30,333 nt of DNA from a virus (taxonomy: Duplodnaviria; Caudoviricetes): the IMG/VR virus record IMGVR_UViG_3300016464_000279, positions 1 through 30,333 of that record; one strand, 5' to 3'. Positions 8,086 to 17,233 of this stretch are shown here, in pieces. The notes beneath the pieces were generated by a model, which saw nothing but the letters and a program-made list of their open reading frames with translations, did not search any database and had not been told where the DNA came from. The translations under genes were made by a program, and so were the position numbers. Numbering within the stretch: position 1 is the stretch's first letter; each line of letters opens with the position of its first letter.

Positions 8086-8445
8086 ATGATTGAAAACATT
8101 CCCGAAGAACTTCACAGCGACTTGTTGAAGGAGTTCAAGACTGGATGGAACTTTCAGAAAGTAATGGCAGAGGCGCAGTCGCAGCAGGTTGGCAAGGTCA
8201 ACCAACTTGAACACCGCAGCCTCGACGGCATTGGTCGTCTGCGGATGCGTGTGGATGCCGATTCCTACCATTACTGGGGCCAGCGTCTTGGCTATGGCTG
8301 CTGGAAGGACAAGGGCTTCCTTGACCAATACGAAAAGGCCAACCCTTACTGCAAGGTGAACTCTAAAGGGACCAAGATGCAGTTTGGATTTACCTCAGAA
8401 CCGTCCTCGACTCGCAACGTAAAGTATCGTAAAGTCTTCGCGTGA
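8086..8445 (+). CDS. Hypothetical protein following capsid gene
   Basis: 119 aa; YHYWGQRLGYGCWKDKGF segment; GTGA-coupled to next gene. Confidence 0.8.
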   Translation: MIENIPEELHSDLLKEFKTGWNFQKVMAEAQSQQVGKVNQLEHRSLDGIGRLRMRVDADSYHYWGQRLGYGCWKDKGFLDQYEKANPYCKVNSKGTKMQFGFTSEPSSTRNVKYRKVFA

Positions 8446-9206
8446 GAACCATCAACTTCAGTGACATTCTCTATCGCGCAGTGACGCTTTGCGGTCTTGA
8501 CCGCAGCGCAATTCAGGACAGCACGTTCCGTATGGTCCGTGACTTCGCTTCGCAGCGCATTGCCCATATCTGGGAACAGGAACCCTGGCCGGATATTGTG
8601 CGGGTTGCTGAGATGACACCGGCGACCGACGCTGAAGGTGTGGACTACATCAACCTGACGAGCAGCATGGGTGACATTCTGCAAGTCTATTCGCTCAATC
8701 CAAAAGTGACCGCTCGCGCCGTTCCGGTCGCTTACTATCTGGACGACGACGGCACGAATCGCCGCATCATTGTGATGGACGGCACAACGCCGGTCTGGGT
8801 GGAATATCGCCAGCCCAAGCCAGACCTCTTTGGTGAGCCTTACAGTGCAACCGCGACCTATGGAGTCGGGGCACAAATCTACTTCGACACTGGCACCGGC
8901 ACTGGCAGCTATCTGCCGTCCACCACTGCCGCTTCTGCTGGCAACTTCTACACCTGCACCACGACGACGACTCAGGGACAGTCGCCAAGCTCAACGCCTG
9001 GCAGTTGGTCCATCGTCAAGATTCCGTATTTCTGCGGTGACTACGTGACCAAGGCGGTGTTTTCTGACTACCTCCGCACGGAAGGACAGATTGACAATGC
9101 CGCCATGGCTGAAGCCGAGGCTGAAAACGTCAAGATGCTGCAAATTGACCGGGTTCTTCGTGCTGAAGGGCAGGTTCGCCGCATGAACATGATTAACACC
9201 TATTAA
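8442..9206 (+). CDS. Head-tail adaptor / tail tubular protein A-like
   Basis: 254 aa; position; helical N-terminus ending in WEQEPWPD, with an inserted small beta module (YSATATYGVG...W). Confidence 0.65.
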   Translation: MRTINFSDILYRAVTLCGLDRSAIQDSTFRMVRDFASQRIAHIWEQEPWPDIVRVAEMTPATDAEGVDYINLTSSMGDILQVYSLNPKVTARAVPVAYYLDDDGTNRRIIVMDGTTPVWVEYRQPKPDLFGEPYSATATYGVGAQIYFDTGTGTGSYLPSTTAASAGNFYTCTTTTTQGQSPSSTPGSWSIVKIPYFCGDYVTKAVFSDYLRTEGQIDNAAMAEAEAENVKMLQIDRVLRAEGQVRRMNMINTY

Positions 9207-9209
9207 CCA

Positions 9210-9473
9210 ATGAATCAAAACGTCCAAATCTCAGGTCATACCGGTGCCGCTCTTGGTGTCGTCGTCGAAACCGGAAACACTGCCGTCACTGGCAAGTTCT
9301 ACGCCATCCAGGTGCTTGAAGCTGCGACCTTCTCCACATTCACGGAAAACGGTGCTTCTGGCGACGCTATGACCAGTTTTTCCATTCCCGCTGGCACCAT
9401 CCTTTACAATGGTCTTGGCATCACTGCCTTCACTCTGTCCTCTGGCAGGGTGCGTGCATACAAAATGCGATGA
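9210..9473 (+). CDS. Small beta-rich virion protein
   Basis: 87 aa; FYAIQVL, IPAGTILY, TAFTLSSGRVRAY. Confidence 0.7.
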   Translation: MNQNVQISGHTGAALGVVVETGNTAVTGKFYAIQVLEAATFSTFTENGASGDAMTSFSIPAGTILYNGLGITAFTLSSGRVRAYKMR

Positions 9474-9832
9474 ACGATCTGTTCATATCTTTGGTGTTGG
9501 GTAGCATAATACAAGGCGGCGGTTTGCTGCCTGGTCTTATGCCGCCTACTTCGTTCGCTTATTCAGACTCATATCTGAATCCAGACTACCTGGTGACATT
9601 TACATGGGATGCACCATCGTCCGGCCCTGAGCCTGATAACTATTACATGGTTTTGGTCGGCGCGAACTCTGGAACATTGACGTTCAACATTCCCTTTGGT
9701 GTTATTAGTCAAGGCGTTCAACTTCCGCCAGATGAAGCATGGACTTGCTCGATCAAGTCGCGTAAAGCAGGATATGCTGACTCGACAGAAGAACTCCTGA
9801 GTGGAACCACACCAAGCGCACCTTACCCATGA
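9470..9832 (+). CDS. Fibronectin type III-like virion/decoration protein
   Basis: PPTSF...VTFTWDAP...Y...WTCSIKS pattern of an FN3 sandwich. Confidence 0.6.
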   Translation: MNDLFISLVLGSIIQGGGLLPGLMPPTSFAYSDSYLNPDYLVTFTWDAPSSGPEPDNYYMVLVGANSGTLTFNIPFGVISQGVQLPPDEAWTCSIKSRKAGYADSTEELLSGTTPSAPYP

Positions 9833-10065
9833 TCCTGAACCCGCCCATCAAGAAAGGGAACCTGACCTTTAAGGAAGTGTTTCCTGTCTACTTCGACAAT
9901 ACGCAAAGCAAGCGTCTGTTTGCTATCTTCCCGCCGCTCACCGGCAAGGGTTTTGTCCTTGGTGAAGGTGCTACCTACAACGAGGACTGGACGACTGAGG
10001 AAGCTGAAGCGATCATTCAGGCCAAGATCGACTCTGGAGAGTTTGCTGAACTTCTTGCGCAATGA
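9829..10065 (+). CDS. Hypothetical protein (78 aa)
   Basis: ATGA-coupled on both sides. Confidence 0.7.
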   Translation: MILNPPIKKGNLTFKEVFPVYFDNTQSKRLFAIFPPLTGKGFVLGEGATYNEDWTTEEAEAIIQAKIDSGEFAELLAQ

Positions 10066-10220
10066 ACCTGTTCTCTCTGGCTCTTGCACCTGGCTTTGGA
10101 GCGGATTACATTGCCGCTGAAGAACCTCCACCACCTCCTGGAGCTTCCACTTTCTACCGCCCTGACGGAACATCGCTTTTCCTGCGTCCTGATGGCACTT
10201 CCAGCTACTTCCGACCGTAA
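10062..10220 (+). CDS. Small protein with RPDGTS repeats (52 aa)
   Basis: Read manually: MNLFSLALAPGFGADYIAAEEPPPPPGASTFYRPDGTSLFLRPDGTSSYFRP; exactly fills the gap with ATGA and TAATG overlaps. Confidence 0.75.
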   Translation: MNLFSLALAPGFGADYIAAEEPPPPPGASTFYRPDGTSLFLRPDGTSSYFRP

Positions 10221-10975
10221 TGCCTGACCTTACCGTTTCATCTGCTGTTGATACCATGATGCAGGCCAGCGACCAAGCTGACTTGCGTTCTGCTCTTGCT
10301 CTTGGCGACTCTGCAACGCTCAACACCGGCACAACGGCTGGAACGGTTGCAACCGGCGACCATACCCACGACGCAAGCGCAATCACTGCTGGCACCCTTG
10401 ATGCTGCCAGATTGCCTGCACCTGGCACCACAACACTGGGTGGCGTAAAGCGCAATGCCGGAAGCGCAGGGCAGTTTGTTAATGGAATCAACAGCAGTGG
10501 CGATTTGACCTATGCTACGCCAAGCGGCGGTTCTGGTGCGAGTGCCGTAGAACTTTCGAGCGATTGGACGACGACCAACAACAGCACCCTCCAGGACATT
10601 ACCGGACTCTCGTTTTCGATGGCTGCGAATACGTCGTATCTGATTGAGTGTTTCATTGTTTACACGACGACAGCGACGGCAACCGGAATGGATATTGGCA
10701 CATCTGGTCCAGCATCCCCGACCCGTGTTAACCTTCAAGGTTTCTCTGCAAACACAGCTTCCGCCGAGAGCAATGGTGTTGCCACCGCTTTTGGTAGCAT
10801 TGTGGTCAATGCAAGCGGAAGCACATCAGACCGTCCTGCGCGTGTCGCTGGCGTTGTCAGGAATGGTTCAAACGCAGGAACATTCCAACTTCAAGGCAAG
10901 GTTGAAACAGGCATTTCAGGAACACTAACCAACAAGACTGGAAGCGTTCTCACATACTCAACACTCACCATCTAA
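10220..10975 (+). CDS. Tail/head fibre protein
   Basis: G/T/S/A-rich; LGDSAT.N.GTTAGTVA.GDHTH fibre repeat with HxH; C-terminal beta-sandwich. Confidence 0.75.
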   Translation: MPDLTVSSAVDTMMQASDQADLRSALALGDSATLNTGTTAGTVATGDHTHDASAITAGTLDAARLPAPGTTTLGGVKRNAGSAGQFVNGINSSGDLTYATPSGGSGASAVELSSDWTTTNNSTLQDITGLSFSMAANTSYLIECFIVYTTTATATGMDIGTSGPASPTRVNLQGFSANTASAESNGVATAFGSIVVNASGSTSDRPARVAGVVRNGSNAGTFQLQGKVETGISGTLTNKTGSVLTYSTLTI

Positions 10976-10990
10976 CGCCAGCCTAATTCA

Positions 10991-11224
10991 ATGAGCAACC
11001 TTGTTAAGTTCAACAGCGCTTGGCTTTCTGTGGTCGTTTCTTCAGTTGGTACTGCCGGTTACATCACCTGGCTTGCCAGCGCAAAAGCGTCTGCCATTGA
11101 GACTGCACAGCGAGAAATTGTTGAACTAAAGGACTCAGACAAACAGCAAAGCGTGGTCCTGAGTAGGCTGGATGAAAGAACAGCCATGATCTTAGAGGCT
11201 CTGCGCGGTATGGTTAAAAAATAA
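10991..11224 (+). CDS. Membrane-anchored coiled-coil protein (lysis cassette)
   Basis: N-terminal hydrophobic helix, then coiled coil with LSRLDERT. Confidence 0.6.
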   Translation: MSNLVKFNSAWLSVVVSSVGTAGYITWLASAKASAIETAQREIVELKDSDKQQSVVLSRLDERTAMILEALRGMVKK

Positions 11225-11255
11225 GCCATCAAGTAAGAATCCGCATTCTATCTCC

Positions 11256-11450
11256 ATGAAAAACGTCTCCATGCTTTTTGCCGTCCTGTGTCTGACTTCC
11301 TGCGCCTCTACTGACAAGTGGCTGCTGGAAAAGACTGGACTCGACACCGCCGCCGTCATCACCCTTGGCCTTTCCGCCAAGCTCAAAGGCGAGCAATTGA
11401 AGCAGGAATACGAAGTACTGAAGGCTGTTGAAGTCACCGCTCAGAAGTGA
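11256..11450 (+). CDS. Small lipoprotein (possible spanin component)
   Basis: Signal peptide with lipobox LTSC. Confidence 0.6.
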   Translation: MKNVSMLFAVLCLTSCASTDKWLLEKTGLDTAAVITLGLSAKLKGEQLKQEYEVLKAVEVTAQK

Positions 11451-11491
11451 AGCGACCGAACTACTACCCGCTGTTCCGACCATCCAAACGT

Positions 11492-11659
11492 ATGAAACTC
11501 ATCCTCTCCAAACTCCGTGAGAAGTCCACCTGGTTTGGCATTGCCACCATCCTCACTGCTTTTGGTGTTCCGCTGCCTCCAGAGGTCGCCAGCGTGGTCG
11601 GTGAACTCGTTCAGGCTGCTGCCGGTGTTGCCCTTGTCGTTATCACTCCGAAGAAGTGA
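11492..11659 (+). CDS. Putative holin
   Basis: MKLILSKLREKSTWFGIATILTAFGV...; two hydrophobic segments, basic C-terminus, directly before endolysin; alternative start at 11447. Confidence 0.7.
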   Translation: MKLILSKLREKSTWFGIATILTAFGVPLPPEVASVVGELVQAAAGVALVVITPKK

Positions 11660-12216
11660 CGCAATACGGCATCAAGCGCATTCAGGAACGCATTGGCACC
11701 GAGCCTGACGGGTTCTGGGGTCCGAAGTCCATTGCCGCTTGCCAGCGTCATTTGCGAGCACTGATGCCCAAGCCGAACCCATGGCCGAAGACCGACCAGA
11801 AAAGCCTCACCGCATTCTACGGTGCTGCCGGTGACGAGTCGCAACTGGTCAAACTGCCCGTCTTTGGCCTGGGATTGCGCTACGACGGCGCGCCTGTGTC
11901 GCATATCCGTTGCCATGGCAAGGTTGCCGAAAGCCTCCGCAGGGTGCTGGAAGAAGTCGCAAAGACCAATCCCGAGGTGTTGAAAGAATACGCCGGAGTT
12001 TTCAACAACCGGACGATGCGAGGTGGTTCCCTGCCCAGCCTGCACGCCAGAGGTGCCGCCATTGACCTGATGCCAGGAACGAACGGGAATCACACCGCTT
12101 GGCCGGTTAAAGCAACGATGCCGCTGGAAGTCATGGAAGCCTTTGCCAAGGAGGGCTGGCTTGCTGCCGGTGCTTTTTGGGGTCGTGACGCTATGCACTT
12201 CCAAGCCACCGCTTGA
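11656..12216 (+). CDS. Endolysin, peptidase M15 family with N-terminal peptidoglycan-binding motif
   Basis: DGFWGPKS PG-binding motif; R...SLHARGAAID and DAMHFQ zinc-peptidase motifs. Confidence 0.9.
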   Translation: MTQYGIKRIQERIGTEPDGFWGPKSIAACQRHLRALMPKPNPWPKTDQKSLTAFYGAAGDESQLVKLPVFGLGLRYDGAPVSHIRCHGKVAESLRRVLEEVAKTNPEVLKEYAGVFNNRTMRGGSLPSLHARGAAIDLMPGTNGNHTAWPVKATMPLEVMEAFAKEGWLAAGAFWGRDAMHFQATA

Positions 12217-12245
12217 TTGCCCTTGGAAAGGTGGAACCTTAGCCT

Positions 12246-14144
12246 ATGCCGAACACGCCTTACCAGACGGACGGTGACTCTGGCTTTGTCGGTATGGCAA
12301 GCCGGGATAACCCTGTCAACATTCAGCCTGGCTTTGTCCAGTTTGCCAAGAATATCCGCATGGATAGGGGCAACGCTGCCGTTCGTTCTGGCTGCAAGGA
12401 TTTGACGTTGCCAAGCCTTGTGACGAACAGCGTTGATTTCCGCACTAGCTGCACGTTTCTCGACACTGCTGGGACAGAATACCTTGTTCTTGTTGCTGCT
12501 GACGGTCTTTACACCTACAACACCAGCACGGGCAACACCTCGTCCAAATACGCATTTCCGAGCGAGACAATCAGCGCAACGACCTATGTGCGCGACATTG
12601 ACGCTGGCGACCCTTGTGACGCTTTTCAGGCTGCTGACAAGGTTTACATTCTGCGCGGTTACAGTCGCAATGCCTCAATCACCGTTACTCATGGCAGCGC
12701 AGTAAGCAGGACTGGAACAACGGTGACGCTTGACTTCCAGGGAACTGCCCACGGTTACAGCGTTGGTGACGAGATTATTGTTTACGTGCCAGGTCACGAC
12801 GACCTCTCTGGAAGCTATTTTGTTCAAACTGTTCCAGCTTCTGATGAGCTAACGTACACAACCACCGCTTCAGCAAACAAGAGTCACACGACTTTTACGG
12901 TCATTGAAGCCAAGGCACCGCTGGTCTGGGACGGCAGCACCGTTAGCGTGGTTCCTCAGGCTACTGCAACGCAGTATCCTTACCTTGAAGGCGGTGACGA
13001 CGTTTGTATGCCGCCTGCTGACTTTGGGATGTATTTCCAAGGTCGCATTGTCCTTTGCGTTGGCAGGGACGAAATTGCAGCGTCCAACTACTACGAACCG
13101 AACGTCTTTGATGTAACGCTTGACCAGTTCCGCATCAACACTGGTGCGAACGATTACATCGTTGGCTTTACGCCGTTCCAGGAAGACAAGTTCCTGATTT
13201 TCCAGCGCAATAGCATTTACTATGCTTACATTCCTCCTCCCGCTATTGCTGCTTCTATTGATAGGGGGATTGATTCGAATAGCTTCATTCAGACTCTAAC
13301 CGCTCAGTTTGGCTGCTCTGCTCGTCGCTCGATTCAGCTTGCCGGCCAACAGGTGTTCTTCCTGTCAGACCGTGGCGTCTATCAGCTTTCGCACACCCTG
13401 GACCTGAAGCTGATTGGCGACCAGCGACCGCTTTCTGAACCGATTTCCGACTTGGTGAACCGCATCAATGCCAATACTTCCAGCGGTTCCTGCGGCTTGT
13501 TCTGGAATAACCGCTACTACTTGGCGGTGCCGATGGACGGTGCCACTGGCAACAACGCCATTCTGGTCTATTCGTTGCTCAATCAGGCTTGGGAGTCCAT
13601 GGACACCTATCCGACCCAGATGCAGCCCAAGAACCTGATGCAGGCACTGTATCAGAACAGCAAGCGCATGTATGCGGTCGCTCTGAACAACTACTTCCTA
13701 CTAGAGGAAGAAGACATTGATGCTATTAACGATGGCACCGGAACGCCTGTCCTTGGAACTGCACAGCTTGGTTCAACGACGCCCGCAACCTCTGCCGTGT
13801 TCACGGAAGGCACTTCTAGCGCACCGATGGACGGGCAGATTCTTAGCCGCCGCTACAACTTCAAAACGTTCGATGAAAAGCGGTTCAGTGGCTTGCAGTC
13901 GGACTTTGTACTGAACCAGGGCGACGACGTTACCATTTCTGCCGTGATGACCAACCCTGATGCCGCGGTTGAGCTTATCCGCTTTGCTTCTCAGGCAGAT
14001 GAAGACAAGACGGTGCGCACCCGTATCGGACGCCGAGGTTATGCCATGGACGTTCTCATTCAAAGCAACGCAGGAAGGCCGGTCTTGCGTTCCTACTCTC
14101 TTGACGCTACTGTTTCCGGCAGAAACCTCACTTCCGTAGAATAA
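12246..14144 (+). CDS. Tail nozzle / tail tubular protein B-like
   Basis: 632 aa beta-propeller-like; GCSARRSI, VFFLSDRGVY, PLSEPI and NRYYLAVP segments seen in podoviral nozzle proteins. Confidence 0.8.
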   Translation: MPNTPYQTDGDSGFVGMASRDNPVNIQPGFVQFAKNIRMDRGNAAVRSGCKDLTLPSLVTNSVDFRTSCTFLDTAGTEYLVLVAADGLYTYNTSTGNTSSKYAFPSETISATTYVRDIDAGDPCDAFQAADKVYILRGYSRNASITVTHGSAVSRTGTTVTLDFQGTAHGYSVGDEIIVYVPGHDDLSGSYFVQTVPASDELTYTTTASANKSHTTFTVIEAKAPLVWDGSTVSVVPQATATQYPYLEGGDDVCMPPADFGMYFQGRIVLCVGRDEIAASNYYEPNVFDVTLDQFRINTGANDYIVGFTPFQEDKFLIFQRNSIYYAYIPPPAIAASIDRGIDSNSFIQTLTAQFGCSARRSIQLAGQQVFFLSDRGVYQLSHTLDLKLIGDQRPLSEPISDLVNRINANTSSGSCGLFWNNRYYLAVPMDGATGNNAILVYSLLNQAWESMDTYPTQMQPKNLMQALYQNSKRMYAVALNNYFLLEEEDIDAINDGTGTPVLGTAQLGSTTPATSAVFTEGTSSAPMDGQILSRRYNFKTFDEKRFSGLQSDFVLNQGDDVTISAVMTNPDAAVELIRFASQADEDKTVRTRIGRRGYAMDVLIQSNAGRPVLRSYSLDATVSGRNLTSVE

Positions 14145-14146
14145 CC

Positions 14147-15274
14147 ATGGCTAGACTTCAATCAGGCGTTTCGCCCTTCACCACTGGACAGACGCTTACC
14201 GCTTCTGACCTCAACAACCATGTCACTGGAGCTTCGCCGCTGCCGGATTTCATCGGCCTGCAAACGGCTTTGACGACTCCGGTCACTGGTGACGAGTTCC
14301 TTGTCAATGACATTGATGGCGGTGCTGTTAAGAAGGTGACTCTTGCCAATATCGCCAGCAACATGCCCGACACCACGGTTGCCTCACTGACGGTGACGAC
14401 CAATGCCACGGTGACTGGCAACGCTACCGTGGACGGAAACACGACGATTGGAAGCAACTCTAGTGACACCCTGACCGTCAATGCTACTCCTTCCTTCGGT
14501 GCTGCTGCCACGTTCAATGGCAACGTGACTGCCAATGCCAACGTGACCCTTGGAAGCGACAACGCCGATACGGTGACGCTGAACGGCACCCTTGCTGGCA
14601 CTATTCAAGGCACTCCGACTGTTTCGCTGACCTCCGTTTCCGATGCCTATGGCGACAAGGTTCTGATTCAGGACGCTTCCGACTCCAACAAGCTCAAGGT
14701 CGTTGCCGCCTGCCTGCCAAAAGCCTGGGCTTGCATCTCGACGAAGACTGCCGACACCACCACGGTTGCAGCGACTGTTTCCCGCACTGGAGGCAGCACG
14801 ACCGCAACCGTTACCAAGTCTAGCCATGGCTTGAAGGTTGGAGATGTGATTTATCTCGACAACGGTGTTGCGGATGGCTGGTATGACATCAAAGCTGTTC
14901 CTGATGCTAATACGTTCAATGTCCAGACGGTTGCCACGACTGCGCTTTCTAGTGTTGCAACGCAGTGGTATGCCCTGACCGTCAACGGCTTTGGCATCTC
15001 ATCTGCTTTCAAGGAGTCCGCTGGCAGCAACATCGTCAACGTCAACTTCTCGGTGCCGTTTACGAGCGTGAACTACGCTCCGCAGATTGGCTTTATCAAC
15101 CAAGCCGCTTCGACTGCTGGCACCTACGTTTGCGTTGCTGGCATTATTAACGATACTGGACTTGGTTCGCTCAACAAGACTGTCAACAACTTCGGCGTCA
15201 AAATCACTCCGGCTTACACTAACGGAGCCGAAAACGAAGGGCAGTTGACGCTTTCGGTCTTCGGCAACATCTAA
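14147..15274 (+). CDS. Tail fibre protein
   Basis: N-terminal FTTGQTLTASDLN anchor; GNTTIGSNSSDTLTVN / ANVTLGSDNADTVTLN repeats; KAWA motif before the C-terminal domain. Confidence 0.75.
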   Translation: MARLQSGVSPFTTGQTLTASDLNNHVTGASPLPDFIGLQTALTTPVTGDEFLVNDIDGGAVKKVTLANIASNMPDTTVASLTVTTNATVTGNATVDGNTTIGSNSSDTLTVNATPSFGAAATFNGNVTANANVTLGSDNADTVTLNGTLAGTIQGTPTVSLTSVSDAYGDKVLIQDASDSNKLKVVAACLPKAWACISTKTADTTTVAATVSRTGGSTTATVTKSSHGLKVGDVIYLDNGVADGWYDIKAVPDANTFNVQTVATTALSSVATQWYALTVNGFGISSAFKESAGSNIVNVNFSVPFTSVNYAPQIGFINQAASTAGTYVCVAGIINDTGLGSLNKTVNNFGVKITPAYTNGAENEGQLTLSVFGNI

Positions 15275-15276
15275 CC

Positions 15277-15621
15277 ATGCTTCCCTGGCAAAAAGCTGCA
15301 AAGTGGTTCTCTAGGTTCTCCGATGGGGCAACCTTTGAGGAACTTCTTGCCAATTACGTCAAGGAAGGTTTTGTCTGGTCGTCGCCGCTTTCGTTCCTGC
15401 TGTTCCGCCCTGTGTTCTGGGATGGTAAAGACATCTTCACCGAAACAGACACCTGGAACGCTTGGTTCATTCACCTTGCTGCCGGTGACATGGCAGACTT
15501 CCACAAGCGGTTTCCATTTCCTCTTGAGCACGTAGTATTCCAGCGCCATGGTAAGCAGCAATTCCATGCGTATCCATCCAAACTCCTAGCCTCCAAAATC
15601 CATGGGTTCATCCACTCCTGA
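15277..15621 (+). CDS. Putative GNAT-fold protein (T7 gp13-like position)
   Basis: 114 aa between tail and ejection genes; FLLFRPV...AWFIHLAAGD...VVFQR; fold call is inference. Confidence 0.5.
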   Translation: MLPWQKAAKWFSRFSDGATFEELLANYVKEGFVWSSPLSFLLFRPVFWDGKDIFTETDTWNAWFIHLAAGDMADFHKRFPFPLEHVVFQRHGKQQFHAYPSKLLASKIHGFIHS

Positions 15622-16426
15622 CGCTCCAAAAGTCCCTTCCTACGGCGCACAAATGCAGTCCGCTCTGCGGGCACAAGAACGCATTGCACCGCGTCTTCTG
15701 TCTCTTGAGCGACAATATCAACCGCAGTTCACTGCCCTGAACCTGCAACAGCTTGGTGGCGCTCTTTTCGGCGCCGAGGGGCAACCTGGCTATCTTGGCA
15801 TCCTGCAACAGCTTGCGCCTGAATATCGCCAGCTTGAAGCCCAGGATACTGCCGCCCTGCGCGCCGAGGAAACCCGCCAACTTGGACAGTTTGCACCGCA
15901 ATACGTCCAGACCTATCGCCAAGCCGCAGGCACTCAGGGCTTGCTTTCTGGCTTGCAGCAGCAGGCCGAGCAGGAACTTGCTGCCGGTGCTTCCCTGACT
16001 CCCGAGGAACAGCGCCAATCGCAGCAGGCAACCCGAGCCGCTTTCGCTGGTCGTGGTCTTGGCCTGACCAACCGGGCGATTGGTTCCGAAATCCTGAACC
16101 AGTATGGGCTTGGGCAGGAACGGTTGCAGCAGCGTCGCCAGTTTGCTGGACAGACTGCCGCGCAACTTGAGTCTTCTGGAATGCCGCAGTATTACAACAC
16201 CATGATGGGCGGCGGAAGCCTGCAAAATCTGATGGGTCTTGCCGGTGGCGCTCAGGGATTGACCTCTGGACGCTTCTTCAACCCAGAAAGTCAGATGGCA
16301 ATGGATATTTCCGGCCAGCGTAGCCAAAGCCAAGCGGCTTCTAGCGCAGCAGGTGCCGCCAACCGTAGTGCCATGATTGGTGCCGGTGCTGGCGCGGTTG
16401 GTTTGGTTGGTGCCGCCCTTATCTGA
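15602..16426 (+). CDS. Internal virion (ejection) protein
   Basis: Q/A/G-rich; MGSSTPDAP N-terminus; Gly/Ala hydrophobic C-terminus. Confidence 0.7.
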   Translation: MGSSTPDAPKVPSYGAQMQSALRAQERIAPRLLSLERQYQPQFTALNLQQLGGALFGAEGQPGYLGILQQLAPEYRQLEAQDTAALRAEETRQLGQFAPQYVQTYRQAAGTQGLLSGLQQQAEQELAAGASLTPEEQRQSQQATRAAFAGRGLGLTNRAIGSEILNQYGLGQERLQQRRQFAGQTAAQLESSGMPQYYNTMMGGGSLQNLMGLAGGAQGLTSGRFFNPESQMAMDISGQRSQSQAASSAAGAANRSAMIGAGAGAVGLVGAALI

Positions 16427-17229
16427 TGACCAAGCTCGAAAAGACCCGACAGCTAATCGCTGACGGCTTCAAGCACTTTCCGAACGGACTAGTTTGCTGG
16501 TCTGGCGGAAAAGACAGCATGGCGTTGCTGCACATCATGCGTAGCATGGGCATCAACCTGCCTGTCATCTTCTTCCGCGAACCTTGGCAACCTTGGAAGT
16601 ACGAGTTCCATGACCGCATCATTCGTGAATGGAAGCTACTCGTCCACACATGGCATCCGCAGGAGTCCGCTTTTCAGCAGACCGACAACGAGTTTGAGGT
16701 GCAGAACGTCTACCAGGTGAACGGCACCAAGTTAACCTGTCCGACAGGCATTGTTGAACCTGCTGCAAACGCTCCTTGGGTCTGCGCTCTGGACATTCTC
16801 AACCGGCCAAAGCAAGCGTTGCTGGAAATGCCGCAATTCCAAGCACTCTGGATCGGTCACAAAGGTTGCGACTCTGACCCGATCCTTGGAGGTGATGCCG
16901 GGACTCGCATCGAGGCTAGGATCGTTCCTGGTCAAGGCACCATGCTGTTCCCCCTGCGAGACTGGACTCATTCCGAGATATGGGACTATCTTGAGGGCAA
17001 CAACGTCCCCTATGACGAGGGACGTTACGAGAAGGTCGAAACCGGCTGGCAGGAACGCAAAGACAAGCTGCACAACGTGGATTATGTTCATGCCTGCACT
17101 AGGTGCCTTGATAGACGAGAAACTGCGTCTAAATTTGTACCATGCCCAAAGCTAGGCATGACCGTTGAAAACATCGCTCACCTTGTGCCTTGGGCAGCGC
17201 AGGAGAGGCTAACATACATGAAAGACTAA
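16426..17229 (+). CDS. PAPS reductase-fold PP-loop protein
   Basis: WSGGKDS PP-loop; FPLRDWTHSEIWDYL...VPY; CTRC; lacks the C-terminal ECG(L/I)H motif of CysH. Confidence 0.85.
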   Translation: MTKLEKTRQLIADGFKHFPNGLVCWSGGKDSMALLHIMRSMGINLPVIFFREPWQPWKYEFHDRIIREWKLLVHTWHPQESAFQQTDNEFEVQNVYQVNGTKLTCPTGIVEPAANAPWVCALDILNRPKQALLEMPQFQALWIGHKGCDSDPILGGDAGTRIEARIVPGQGTMLFPLRDWTHSEIWDYLEGNNVPYDEGRYEKVETGWQERKDKLHNVDYVHACTRCLDRRETASKFVPCPKLGMTVENIAHLVPWAAQERLTYMKD

Positions 17230-17233
17230 TACT

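Noticed and set aside
12217-12245. TTGCCC-17-TAGCCT promoter before the nozzle gene
   Set aside because: The -10 abuts the ATG at 12246, leaving no room for a start site upstream of the codon
16426-17229. Calling this cysH (sulfur-assimilation AMG) or dndC
   Set aside because: Catalytic ECG(L/I)H is absent and no other cys or dnd genes are present; kept only as a fold-level call
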